This document shows positions 10,609-23,340 of a stretch of 64,000 nt of DNA, one piece after another (the stretch's first letter is position 1; the number at the start of each line of letters is the position of its first letter). The notes beneath the pieces were generated by a model. The model was given only the letters and a program-made list of their open reading frames with translations. It had not been told where the DNA came from and searched no databases. A program made the position numbers and the translations under genes. Where the stretch lies: NCBI RefSeq assembly GCF_009914755.1, contig NC_060934.1; one strand, written 5' to 3'. Source of the stretch: the human T2T-CHM13v2.0 reference genome, Homo sapiens.

Positions 10609-13600
10609 AGCAGGCAGCGCCGGAGTGACTGTCTCCTGCCACGTGGTCCACTGAACACTAGCACAGAAAACGTTTCTTTGAAAGCCCTACCTAAAAATAA
10701 ATCTCACTGAAAAATGACCAGATTTATTTGTTGGTGGTGATTAATTTCAGCTGCATTAATTAAGGTGCCAATTAGGTAGATTATTGAATTTTAAAATACC
10801 ATCCAAGCCCCTCTTATGGAAAATCAAAATCTGCTAGTTGGCATGGCATGGTTTTTAAAAAAGGTTTCTGACTGTAAAACATTTCGTAGAAATTTTGTGG
10901 AAACCAAAGAAAATTCTGCACGATTTTCTTTTGAGGCTGACTTGGACCAAGGAATTGAGGGCAGGTGTTTGGGGACCCCTCATACCGGCACCAGATCAGG
11001 CTGTGCTGAACGCTGATGCCGGCCTCCCTCTGCGTGTGAACGGGGTGATATTGGCCTCCCTCCGTGTGTGAACAAGCTGATGCCGGCCTCTGCACCTGAA
11101 CAGGCTGATTTCAGCCTCTGCGCGTGAACAAGCTTGATCTCCACTTGGCCCTGTGGCACGTCCCTGTTGCAGTTTCCTTCCACATGAAGCTTTTTGATGA
11201 AGAACTGACAGGAGTGCCTGGGAGCTCCTTAGCACACACATCCTGGGCTCTCCCGGACCTGCGAGTCTCCTGGGAGCTCCTCAGCACACAGATCCTGTGA
11301 GTCAGGCCCAGGGCCCAGGCAGCGTCTCCTCACGTCTGCCTGGCACCAGGCTCAGTGCAGCTGGTGAACCGGGGCTGCGCAGGTACCTCTGGTCGGGATT
11401 CAGGCTCGGTCCACGCCACCCGCAGTGCCATGCCCGTGCAGCCTCCAGGGATGCATCGCTGCAGGCGCACCTGAGATGCCAGCTATGCTCTCGTGTGACG
11501 CAGAAGCATCACCTCTGGGCTGGACTGTCCTGGCAGGACCACACCCGGCAGTGGCCACCGTCACTGCCCACTGATCTCGGTGCTCCCTGAGGCTGTGCGC
11601 TTCTCCTTCCTCAGATGAAAAGTGGACGAGGAATCCCTGTGGTCCAGGGCCTCATTTTCCTCGTACAGCTTTCATTTTTCGCACTGTGGTCCAGCCTCCA
11701 GTGTCTTTGCAGCTGGGAAGTATCAGGAGGAATTGGAGCGTGCAGCAGCTCAGCATGGCCTGGGCAGAGTGCGGATTCGCAGCGTTTCCAGCTGCTCAGC
11801 TGAGCAGGTTCTTTTTCACACAGGCCTGTGGATGGCTGAGGTTCTGGGTGGGTGAGTGTCCCACTGTTGGCTGCCTTGTGGGCAGCCCCATTGGTCCAGC
11901 AAGTGTGTCCTGTGCGTTTGCTATGTGGGCCCAGCACCAGGATGAGGGTACCGCCTGCCCTCAAGACCATGGCCTTGGGCACCAGGAGTGCCCGGGGCAG
12001 TGGGTTTGCCTGGCGGCTGCCTCCCCCACCTCTCTTCAGTTCTCCCCCTGCCTGGGAGTGATTTCCCACCGAAGTGTCTGTGCACATCTCTCTGCCTTCC
12101 TAGAAGCATCTGCATTTTAAAGGAGAGGGAGTGTCGGAGTCAAAGGCCAGCAGGAGTGTCTTGCAGGGTCCTCGGATGGAGCTAGCTTCGGGGCTGAATG
12201 GAGTGGGTTCAGTCCTTGAGATGGGCTCTGCCCTTCCTCTTGGCAGAGCAGCTGTGTGGTGAGCCCCTCAGAGAAGGCCACACAGAGGCGGGCAGGGCCT
12301 CCCAGAGGGCTTAGAAGTGTTGTCTGCTCCCCAGCCGTGTGGAGCAGGTGCATCTCGAGCACCTGTCCTTCCTTCCCCTGAGCCTTTCTGTCAAACAGCA
12401 GCATGGGTTAGAGTGAGACCCTGTGGGCTCCATGCAGGCTAGTCCTCCCCACCCTCTGCAACCCCCCGTGTGGAGATACCACGTTCAGAGGCCACGTTGG
12501 TACCTGCAGTCTGGCTCCTTGGGAGCCGGAAAAGGCCACACCCAGCCTCCACCCTGGGTTTGTGGGGAGATCTGTGCCCTCCTCTGGGGTGGTTTTCAGA
12601 TTGCCCAGGATCAGAGTAAGCATACGCGGTTCTGAAGGTTTGTGGACAGTGACACAGTCGTGCATAGCCAGAGCGCATCAGGAAGCCGTGTTTATCACAG
12701 TGCAGAGCGTCTTGCCTGATGGAGTGTTCTGGGAATGCTGGAGGCTGGGGGCAGGCGGTGCCCGGTGGCACGGGCGCCCTGGGGCGGTGTTGGTACGAAG
12801 GGACACGTGAGTGTAATGGTCTTTCAGAAACCACGGCTGGCCTGGCTTTGGTTTCACTGCTGAGCTCCCACCCACAGCAGCCCATCCTTGCCCCCTCGGT
12901 CCTGGACTGGTGGGGTCATCCTCTTGCTCTCACTGCCGACCGCGTTCCTCTGCCTGCTCACAGCGCCTCCTTGGTGCCCTCAGTGGCAGGCTTGCTGGAA
13001 AGACTCATCAGAGGTTAATTAAATCCATCTCCACAGCAATGGGAGGCCGGGCAGAGCCGGGCTGGCAGCAGCAGATTAAATACAGGGTTGTTTGCCCTGC
13101 CGAGAGTTCAGGGGCAGGGTGTCTGGGAGGACGACCAGCTTGGTGGCCCTGGAGGCTCTCAGACCCCGAGGTGGAGACCTGCTTGTGATTTTTGGTGGCA
13201 GGAGGGTTGTAGGGATTGGATCCGGGAGTCCTGCCCTGCCCCACACCAGTCTGTGAAAGAGGCTCTGTGTGCAAAGCGAAGAGACTGTCCCCCAGGAATG
13301 CGCAGCCTCCTGTGTTTCAGATGCAGATTAATGCAGACTTGCTCACAGAGCAGAACTGAAAAGATACTGGAGTCAGATCTGGCACCACGGAAGCTGTAAT
13401 TACAACCCACCACATGAAACACGCCGGTCGTGTGCCATCTGAGAGGGCCGTGCGTCCTCACACGAGTCAGTGATGCAGCCTGCGGCTCCGGCTGCTGCTG
13501 GGATGTTCAGAGGGTGTGTTTCCTGCCTCGCGCGGTGGCAACTGGCAGCTGGGGCGCTCAGCTGGCCGTGGTGACAAAGAGTGACAGCAGTGCCAGGCGC

Positions 13601-14662
13601 ACCCGTCTCCACGCGGCCCGACCGCACACCACACCTGCCGTCCATCACGTCTGACAGTGACGGTGATGGATGCGTCTTTGGAGGCTGGTGGCCATTTTTA
13701 ACAACCAGTTACCAATCACTGACAGGTACATGCTCAGGTGCCAGCTGGGCCTGCAGGGGAATGGCCGTTGGGGGCGTTGACATCCAGAAGGAGCCGTCCT
13801 CGGAGAGGGGCTGACGTCGCAAGGAGACACCCCGAGAGCCGGGCTTCCCAAAACACGGCTCTCAATGGGCACCAGGGAGGATACCACCACTGCCCGCGAG
13901 GCAGGATCCCAGCACCTGCCTCAAAGGCTGTGTCTGCCGTTCAGTGGAGACCATGGCCGGCAAGAGCAGCCAAGGCCAGGCTGCCCAGCAGCATAAGCCC
14001 AGGCCCAGACCTCAGACATTCCTGGCGCCCAGGCGTCCTTCCTTCTAGTGTGCACTGCGTCCTGGGAGGAGGGGCAGCTGTCAGCCAGTAGGTAACATCG
14101 CACCTGGTCATGGCCCCCCACAGCCCCACAGACTCCTGAGACCCGCTGGCTGCTCCGGCCCCAGCCAGGCTCCAGGTGAAGTTGTGACCTCATCTGGTTA
14201 CCGGCTGCCTTGTTGAGCCCCTCTGCCCCCTGATCCCTCAGCCGTGGGCACAGTGGGCGCCGTGAGGCTGTGGGCAGGAGAGGCCAGGTCCCTGTGTCCA
14301 CTGGCAGCTCCCATCAGGCGTGACAGACAGGGATGACTGTGCAGCTGTCGCTAGCCCTGTGTATGGGCAGGCCTGAGCTCCTAAAAACTGAGAGCATGGC
14401 GGCCGACTCCTCAGTCTGACGATGTTCCTGCATCGGCTGCAGTCGGCGCAGCCCTCCAAAGCCCTGCACCATTCAGGATTTGGCCCATCCCACAGCCGTG
14501 AGCGGACTCGATGTGGCAACATGGGCACAGTGTGTGTCCAGAGGGCAGGTGGCAGGGACGGTCCCTTCTAACTCCCACAGACCCCAGAAAGCCTGGCTCA
14601 GAGTGACACTCCTGTAGAGCCTCAGCACCGTCTCCAGAGCAGCATGGATGGAAAGATGCACA

Positions 14663-14773
14663 CAGCCCCATCCTCCTGCCGCCGTGGGTTAATGTTAGCG
14701 CAGCCCCGTCCTCTGCTGCCGTGGGTTAATGTTAGCGCAGCCCTGTCCTCCTACTGCCGTGGACTAATGTTAG
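14663..14773. repeat. Tandem repeat, 37-38-bp unit x3
   Basis: cagcccc..tcctc...gccgtgggttaatgttagcg repeated. Confidence 0.88.
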
Positions 14774-17700
14774 TCATCGTCAAGTTCTCATCTTACCTGG
14801 GGACCCAGTGTGTAGACAGACCTTGTGCAGACCCAGTGGGGCACTGCCCTCGCCACGTGCCCAGCGTGCTCTGGATGGTGAGGCAGGCCAGTGGCAGCCT
14901 CTCTGCCCTCCCTGCCAGCTCCTCAGCCACAGGGACGCCCTTCCCTGAGGGTGGAGGTCAGGGCGGTGAGGGCCTGCAGAGGGCACGTGAGCTAAGCCGT
15001 GCTGCTCGGTTCACTCACTTGTTATTCTAGAGTCTTGGTGTAAAATAGCAATGGCAACAACAGAAGCACTGATTTAAATCATTAAATTTATTTTTTAATT
15101 TTTCTGTTTAGAAAGAGATTTTATTTGGTCTGTTTCTATATAGGGCCTATGACATCAACTGAAAATAAAATAAAATGTTATACTTAATTATAGTGATGAC
15201 ATTAGGCTTCGTATTTAGGGGATTTTTTCTAGGAAGTTCACTTTGCAAATATTACCCAATATTTTCAACTGGTATATTGATGCCAAGAATCTTCTCATTT
15301 TATAGAAAAAGAAGACAAAAAACAAAAGACGCTTGGCATTTTCTCTGGTCTATGCTGGGACTCTGTTCGAGGAACTGTTTTTTGGACTCACTCCTAAATG
15401 ATTCATAATCCGTAGTGTGTTCACTAATCTTTAATGCACTTTTCTATATTTTTTATGAGCTCATACTTTATTTAAAAATTCCTCTGACTGCCCTTGGTTT
15501 AAAAGAAACCCATGGGAAAGGTAGGGCACAGAGCAGGTCTCTCGTGCCAAGGCAGGGGGTTGCTGGAGACCCCGGACACTGTGTAGCCTCATTCGTCCTC
15601 CTCCTTCACACATCGCACCCGGCTCCCTTACTAGCAATCAGTGGCTCTGACAAGCATACAGGGGACCCTGGGACGAGGGCTGAGCTCTGTGTCCTGCGTC
15701 CCCCTCCCTTTGCCACATCCCCCTCCCCACGTCCAGCCGTGCCAGTGGAAGGCTGGGGATGTCCGGGAGGAGCCACCCAGAGGCACAGCAGGTGCTTCTG
15801 CCGCCGGGCAGGGCCAGTCCTGTGGAGCCACCCCTGGGCCCAGCAGAGGGTGCCCGGCATGGTGCTAGACACAGCCTGAGAAAGAGACCCGCCGCCTTCT
15901 TCCCAGAAAGTCTGTTGAGCTCTAGCTGGCGTGAGAGCAAGTGGGCGCCACTCCCATTCCATGCGCGCTGTGTCCGAGCCTGCCAGGCTGCTGGAGTCCG
16001 GGAGCAACCTTGGGAGAGGACATGAAAGAGTCTTTATAGCATGTTGTTGTTCTGGGTGGCCGTTGACAATGAACACAGAGAGGAGGGAGGCCACTCGGAT
16101 GCTGACGCCAACATCTCCCCATGACAGTGCCTTTCACTGGCTGCATTTCTGCACCCCATAAGCTTGGGATGCAGGGCCTTGTGCCTGGCCCTGGGGCTCG
16201 CGGTGAGGTCTGTGCTCCAGGGCCTCACGGTGGGCACTTTTGTCAAGTGATAGGGTCCCCCTTCGGGTCTAGGGTTCACCAGGAAGACCGTTGAGAAGAT
16301 GGAGCTAACCAGAAGGGCTTTCTCTTGGGAAGTCAAAGTAAGGGAGGCCGGCGAAGTGTCTGAGGGCCCGCCCCGCAGCCCTCCCAGCAAACCCTGCCCC
16401 ACAGCCCTCCCAGCAAGCCAGGCTCTCAGCTCCTCAGATTCCATCTGGGATGGTCATTCTCTGTGTTCGGTGCCCGCTCTGGTCCTAAAAAGCTAGGAAA
16501 TTGGCACCATGGCACACTTTACAGAACGCCGTTCCTGGCTTCACTGGGGGCTGAGCATGGGCACGTGCCCCCTGAGGAAGGGTCCTTGGTGCCTGCCACC
16601 CTGGCCTCCCGGCCTCACCACACATTTCCCACGCCAAGTCTGGCCGGGGTCCCTCTGCCAAGCTCAGGCCCAGCCCCTGGAGAAGCCTGTGTGAGGCCCG
16701 TGGTGGGGGCGTGCCGACAGAAGGCAGCGGGAAGGTGGTTTACTCATCCTTACCCTGCACCTGCTACACCCCCAGCCTGTTGAGCCTGGAGGGCACAGCT
16801 GTTGCCCTGTGGGCCTGTGTGCTAATAGGTCCTAGTAGCCACCAGCATACTTGGGGGTGGTGGCTATAGTGCCAGCCCCCTGATCTCAGCCACTCCCAGA
16901 GGGGGACGCAGCGCTCTCTGGCCTTTGCTGCCCTCCTTGCCCTGGGAGCCGGGTGAGTCGCACTCTCGCTTCCAAGAAGCTGCTCACGTGTGTGCCATAG
17001 GAAAGGAGTCTGGAGCCTCCGGGAGTTAATTTGAGATGACGTGTGCTGTTTCCATCAAAGATCGTCAGGCTTGGGTGTAGTGCTTGTGAGGCCCTCGCCA
17101 TGCCCCCTGCCAGGACCCAGGGGCCTCAGCAGAGGCGTCTTCTAGGGTCTGAGGACCTTGTCTCCACCCTGTGTGTCCGTTGGCCCGTGTATGTTTGATG
17201 AGCACTGACGTTCGGGGGTGCCGCCTGTGTCCACCCCAACGGGATGCCAGAGGACTCCAGAGGTGAGGCTTCCTTGGCACTTTCCGTGGCCTCCCCAGGA
17301 CGAAGCAGGTTTTAAAGACAGGACTTGCACGTTGGGGCCGCCTGTGAAGCGATTGGCTGGTTGTCCTCCTTTCCCACTCCACGGCAATGTCTAAGATCTG
17401 CACCAGCGTCCATAATGTGAGTTACCAAGGAATGGCTAACCCCACGGGACCAGTAATGCTTCTCCAGGTGGATATCCAGAGGACTGGGGCGTTTGTCAGA
17501 ACTTAGCGTTTGAATTATCTCTGCCTGTTTGCAGTGACCTAATAGTAGACCTGGAACTTTGCGTGCTGGTTTGTCAGTAGGCTCCATAGTTTTCTGAACT
17601 GTAACGGAATTACCCCCTCGATTCTGAGCAGTGGTCCGGACCCTCAGGCACGTTCAGGGCAGGAGCGGTGGGAGCCTCTTAGTGAATTCTCCTTTCACAG

Positions 17701-18249
17701 CGAAAGCGTTACGTTGGTGTAGTGGCGCGGCATCCGGGAGCACAGATTTATATTCACGTTCACCATGACTAGAAGAATTATTTGTAGCATAGAAAATGTT
17801 TATCCCCTGGAGTCAGTTCTGTTTTCTAGAGTCATTCAAAAACTGAAGCCGTAATGATTTCCTATTAACTCGTTTTAAGGAAAACCCATGTAAAGTACTC
17901 GGGCCTTTTGTTGTGAACCATATTTTAGAAATCCTTTTCTACTTCCTCCTTTCATCCCTGCTGCTAGAGAGTGGCTACGTGGAACTTCTGTGTATAACCC
18001 TTCTTTATTTCTAGACATGTTTCTGGTTAAAATTTAACCAAAAACTACAGGATAATAAAGAAGGATGGGACTTGGCAAGTTTCTTCCTGCCGTGCCTTTG
18101 GTCAGTTTTCCCAGTGAGAGCCACTCGCAGGGTCCACATCGTTCACCCCCAGCATTCACCACCCAAGGGTCAGGCTTCTCTGACGTCACAGTGATTTCCT
18201 GGAGGAGGAGGAGAGAAACCCTAAGAGTTCACCTACAAAGAAAGGGGAA

Positions 18250-18569
18250 GGCCAGGGACAGTGCCTCACACCTGCCTTCCAAGCACTGTGGGAGGCTGAG
18301 GCAGGAGGATCATTGAGCCCAGGAATTCAAGACCAGCCTGGGCAACATAGGGAGTCCCCGTCTCTACAGAAAATAAGAAAGTAAAATTAGCCAGGCATTG
18401 TGGGGCACGCCTGTAGTCCCAGATACTCAGGAGGTTGAGGCGGGAGGATTGCTTGAGCCCAGAGGTCGAGGCTGCAGTGAGCCAGCCATGATCACATCAC
18501 TGCACTCCATCCTGGCCAACAGAGGAGGACCCTGTCTCAAAAACCTAAAAATAGAGATAAATAAAAAAA
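18250..18569 (+). mobile_element. Alu (AluJ-like, diverged)
   Basis: Two-arm Alu (ggaggctgaggcaggaggatcattgagcccagg) with A-rich linker and tail. Confidence 0.93.
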
Positions 18570-18782
18570 GGGACACCGCCTGTCTTGGGTTGACAGCATG
18601 AGATGGGCTGGCCAGATCTCCGCAGCCTAACAGTGGGCAGCTCCGTGTCTGTGGGTCACAAGTGGTTGGTCTCAGTCTGGTTCCTGCTGGACAAACACTG
18701 CAGGTTCACACCACGGGAACTTCTCGGCATCTGTGCCAGGAAAGTTAGAGCTTCCTCATCCTTGGAACCCCAGCCTGCATTG

Positions 18783-19171
18783 CACCCAGAAGAGGATACC
18801 CCCGAATGAAGCTGGAGGCTGCTGTCCACTCCACAGAACCCTGGCCCTCGTCACACCCAGAAGAGGATGCCCCAGAATGAAGGTGGAGGCTGCTGTCCAC
18901 TCTGCAGAACCCCGGCCCTCGTCACACCCAGAACAGGATACCCCGGAATGAAGGTGGACGTTGGTATCCGCGTCCGCTTGCTTTTCTCAATAGCCAATGT
19001 AAACTGAGGTGGACGTCAGTATCTGTGTCCGCTTGCTTTACTCAATAGCCGACGTAAACTGAGGTGGACGTCAGTGTCCGCGTCCGCTTGCTTTACTCAA
19101 TAGCCGACGTAAACTGAGGTGGACGTTGGCGTCCGCGTCTGCTTGCTTTACTCCATAGCTGATATAAACTG
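18783..19171. repeat. Two abutting tandem repeats: 71-bp x2.5 (18783-18958) and 55-bp x4 (18953-19171)
   Basis: cacccagaagaggat at 18783/18854/18925; ggtggacgt...aaactga at 18953/19008/19063/19118. Confidence 0.92.
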
Positions 19172-20431
19172 CAGCTGGCTGCAGCACCCACGAATGGCTT
19201 CTTTCCGAGATGTGGCCGTCCTCTGCAGAAAGGATGCATACTTACAGAGAAGGCGCTCACTCCTGAGGGAGAGCAAAGGCCAGGTCAGAGCTGTGTGGGA
19301 CAGGAGGTGTCCTCACGAGTCTCCTGGAGAGGAGCCTGCTCCCAGATGCCAATCAGCACCGGGTCCTACAGCCCTGAGGGGCGGTTGCTCTGTGAACTTA
19401 CTACCAGTTAGAGCTCATGCGCCATGAGCCACGCTGCATCAGATAGGGCCGAGGAGAGATGGCGAAGTGCTCCTCATAGGAGCCTGTTCTGTTCCTGATG
19501 GATGAATCCAGGTGAGTCCCGTGTGAACACAGAGCTCAGAGTCCCACCCCAAGAACACACTCTGTGTTCCCCTTGATGCAGCCCCGACCTGGGCCAGCAC
19601 GCGCAGCCCCGCCCTGCAGGAGGAAGCCTTCGCACAGTGGCACCAGCTCTCAGAGGCGACACCACGCCTTGTCCTGAGCAGAGAGGGGCGCTCCCAGCTT
19701 TGTCCTGAGCAGAGAGGGTGCCCACCGCCTGTGGAAGTCAGCCCCAGGTCTGAGCGAGAGGGCCACCCCCAGCTTCACTCGCTGGCCGTTGGTCTCAGGT
19801 CCTGCCTGCCATCCCCAGGTGGAAGGCGGTTGTATCTAGTCCGGCGCCCAGTCAGGCTGTGTCCAGCCAGAGCTTCCCCTGCGGGGTTTTGCTGTTTTAG
19901 TCATTGCTGTTCTTCAGGGAAGTCTTGGAGACGGGCACAGCTTTCCATAAATTACAGCCCCGTGAAACAAAAAGTGCCTCCCGATGAGTTCGGACCGTGA
20001 GGGACACCCAGCTCCGATGCTTCCTTCCCGGGGTCTGGAATCCCTGGTGAACCGGGGCCCTTGGTAGTCAAGAAACCTGTCATTGAAATTCATGATGCCG
20101 GTTTGGTTCTCTTTGCCGAGATTTATCATTGACAGGCATCCTGCGTCCTTTGGCCCTTTATTTAACCGCTGAAGGCATTGTTTTTAAGACCATTTCTTTT
20201 ACAAGAGTTTCTTTTCAGATGTTCCTACGAACATCTGTTTGTGGCTGAAATTCGACCCAGCCGGCCTGCGCCTGCCCCGCGCCCCCTTTGTCCCCGGCCA
20301 TTGTTTCTGATTTCATGCTATCAGAGGTCTGCGTGTTTTTCTGCATGAAGTTGTCAGCAGGATAAAAGCTCAGGAGCAGGGTCACGTTGAGAGGGGAGGG
20401 CATGAAAAATTGGTAAAATGTGTCTTCAAGG

Positions 20432-20900
20432 CCACCCACCAGTGCTGCACTCAGCCCCAGCAGGGACCGGGCCCGGGAGTGAGGGCAGCCCACCCACCAG
20501 CGCTGCACTCAGCCCCAGCAGGGACCGGGCCCGGGAGTGAGGGCAGCCCACCCACCAGCGCTGCACTCAGCCCCAGCAGGGACCGGGCCCGGGAGTGAGG
20601 GCAGCCCACCCACCAGCGCTGCACTCAGCCCCAGCAGGGACCGGGCCCGGGAGTGAGGGCAGCCCACCCACCAGCGCTGCACTCAGCCCCAGCAGGGACC
20701 GGGCCCGGGAGTGAGGGCAGCCCACCCACCAGCGCTGCACTCAGCCCCAGCAGGGACCGGGCCCGGGAGTGAGGGCGAGCCCACCCACCAGCGCTGCACT
20801 CAGCCCCAGCAGGGACCGGGCCCGGGAGTGAGGGCGAGCCCACCCACCAGCGCTGCACTCAGCCCCAGCAGGGACCAGGCCTGGGAGTGAGGGCGAGCCC
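20432..20900. repeat. Minisatellite, 58-59-bp unit x8, near-identical and CpG-rich
   Basis: ccacccaccagcgctgcactcagccccagcagggaccgggcccgggagtgagggcagc repeated. Confidence 0.97.
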
Positions 20901-22981
20901 CTTGCGTGAACCCTGGAGGGCCGGACCCTAACCCTGGGGCTGTGGGCTCTGCCCCTCCCTCCATTCATTCATTTGTCCCGTGGGTATCAATTGGATGTCT
21001 GCAAAGTGGCAGAGGCAGTTTGCTTCCGAATCAGCACTTTCTTCAAGACTGGACTCACTCCTCGTCACGTGTGGGGAGGAAACTTCTGAATCACTGAAGT
21101 CAGTGGCTGAGTTCACACCACCCCAGCCAGCCCACAGCGGTCACACCCTAGCTAAGCTTGCTGACGGGCAGCCTCACTGGAGCGCAGACGTTACCCTCCC
21201 AGGAAACCTGTGATGAGGACTGGGGTGCACACATGTGCTGAGGACACCCTCCAAGGCCGGCCCCGGGGCTCAGACAGGCAGGCTGGGGCCACATCTGAGC
21301 CTCCTGGTTTTAGTGCATTCACTCTGGCGCAGACAGACCATGGCTGAGCGTGTGGTCCCGAATTCCATCCTTGGAACAGAGGAAGTTTTTGTTATGAGAA
21401 AGAACTCCAGCCACAGCGGATTTGCACCTGCAGGTCTGTGTCTTGCGACACTTAAGGGCCAGGCTGGACGGGCCCCCACAGAGGTGGAGGAGTGGCCGGC
21501 TCTGGCCAAGCTGCCAGACACCACCAGGGAAACAGGTGCACCCACAGAGCTTCTGTGCCTGCTGAGGGGCTGGGAGTCGTAGCCTCAAGGAGCAGGCTCA
21601 TTTTGTTGCTTTCTGCTTTAAGGTGGTTTTTCTTCTGGTTGGATGAGAAAAGTTAGTTGAGCCCCCCACGGATTGACTCAGCAGCTGAGTATGTAGAAAC
21701 TGGCCTGGTCCTGGGGCCAGCATGTGAGCCATCCCCCACCACCCACAGGCCTCCCAGGAGGCCCTGCTCCCGCAGCAGAGCGGCCGCTGTCACCGAGGCA
21801 ATGGCCAGATCAGGAATTCCAGGACCCCCGGGAGGGTGGGACACTGCGGCTCCACCGGTCCCTGTGTCTATGGAATCGGTGTCAGCGGACATCCCGTTCA
21901 TGGTGGGATATGCCCGTAGGTGTCGGGCAGATGGGGGAGTTTCAATACCGGCTCCTTTAGGGGGTCTCAGTTTGGAGGAAAAAAGCCTTATTTCCTTGAT
22001 GATGGTTTCATTCCTTAAGAACGCACTAGAATCTGCCCCTTAGTAGCTGCCTGTGGTGTTTCTAGATTCGGGGGCAACGTTGGCTTTGTGGTTCGTTTTT
22101 ATTTTATTTAACTGTGAACGCCCTTTTACTCCCTGCATTGAGGTGAGACAGAGGACACGGCTCTCAAGGAGAGGAAGAAGTTGTTGGGATTCCCAGGCTT
22201 CATGAGGCCGGGCTGTCCCTGAGCCTGAGGCGACCTGCAGGGCTGACTGATTTCTATCCACTGAGGAAGGTTAGGATTCAACCTCAGCCTCACTTTGTGC
22301 AGCCGCCATGTTAGACATGCCGCCACAGACCACGGCACCGTTGTCCCTCCCGAAAGTGCTGTCCTGGGCCCGGCGGTGCAGCCCCTGGCAGCTTGCGAGG
22401 CCCGGGCTGCCCGCCTCTCCCGTGGCACAGGCTTGGGGACAGGGTGTGCCCGAGCCAGTGGCTGGCTCAGGAGGCCACAGAGGTGCATTTGCCTCTGCTC
22501 CAGGCGAGCTTGGGCGGTTCTGGGAGGGCCTGGGGACACAGGGTGACGTGGTGGGAGGGCGCTATGGCCTGTCAGCCTTTGATCTTGGGGCAGGTGGTTC
22601 TGCCTGCCTGCCACAGAGGACGGGGTCCTCCATCCCCTCGCGAGCTCCTGGAGGCCACGATGCTCCTGGGGACACCTCCCCTTTGGGAAGGTGAGGGCTG
22701 GGGCTGTCCCTGTTGCCAGGCTCTGGCCCTAGGAAGGAGGTTTGTGGCCCCAGTGACTAACGGATTCCCTTGTCTGCCTGGGAGTGTGTTGACCACCAGG
22801 GAGTAACCAGGGAACTGGACTCTCCGTGTGGCAGGAGGGGCATCTCCCAGCCTTCGAGCCTGATTGCTTTTCCAGTGCCTGAGCTGCACCCCTGGGATCC
22901 CAGCTTTCCCTTCCCGAGTCCGGGCAGCATCTGTGCTGGGCCCTGCTGGGACCTTCCTCCTCATGTGAGGCATGTCACGGC

Positions 22982-23340
22982 TGGCACTGGCCCCAGCCCG
23001 GGCCTCGGGTGGCACTGGCCCCAGCCCGGGCCTCGGGTGTGGTGGGCCCACAGTGTGTCAGACCCTGGGTGTGGTGGGCCTCGGGCGTGGTGGCCTCGGG
23101 TGTGGTGGCCCTGGGCATGGTGGGCTTCAGGCATGGTGGCCTCGGGTGTGGTGGGCCCAGGCGTGGTGGGCTTCGGGCGTGGTGGGCCTCAGCTGTGGTG
23201 GCCTTGGGTATGGTGGGCCCGGGCATGGTGGGCTTCTGGCGTGGTGGCCTCGGGTGTGGTGGCCCTGGGTATGGTGGGCCTGGGCATGGTGGGCCCGGCC
23301 ATGGTGGCCTCGGGTGTGGTGGGCCCGGGTGTGGTGGCCC
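22982..23340. repeat. Degenerate G-rich minisatellite (about 15-17-bp gggtgtggtgg(g)cctc unit)
   Basis: Direct inspection. Confidence 0.9.

Noticed and set aside
20432-20900. CTCF-like CCACCAG in each 58-bp unit
   Set aside because: The downstream bases (CGCTGCA) do not match the GGGGGC/GTGGC core.
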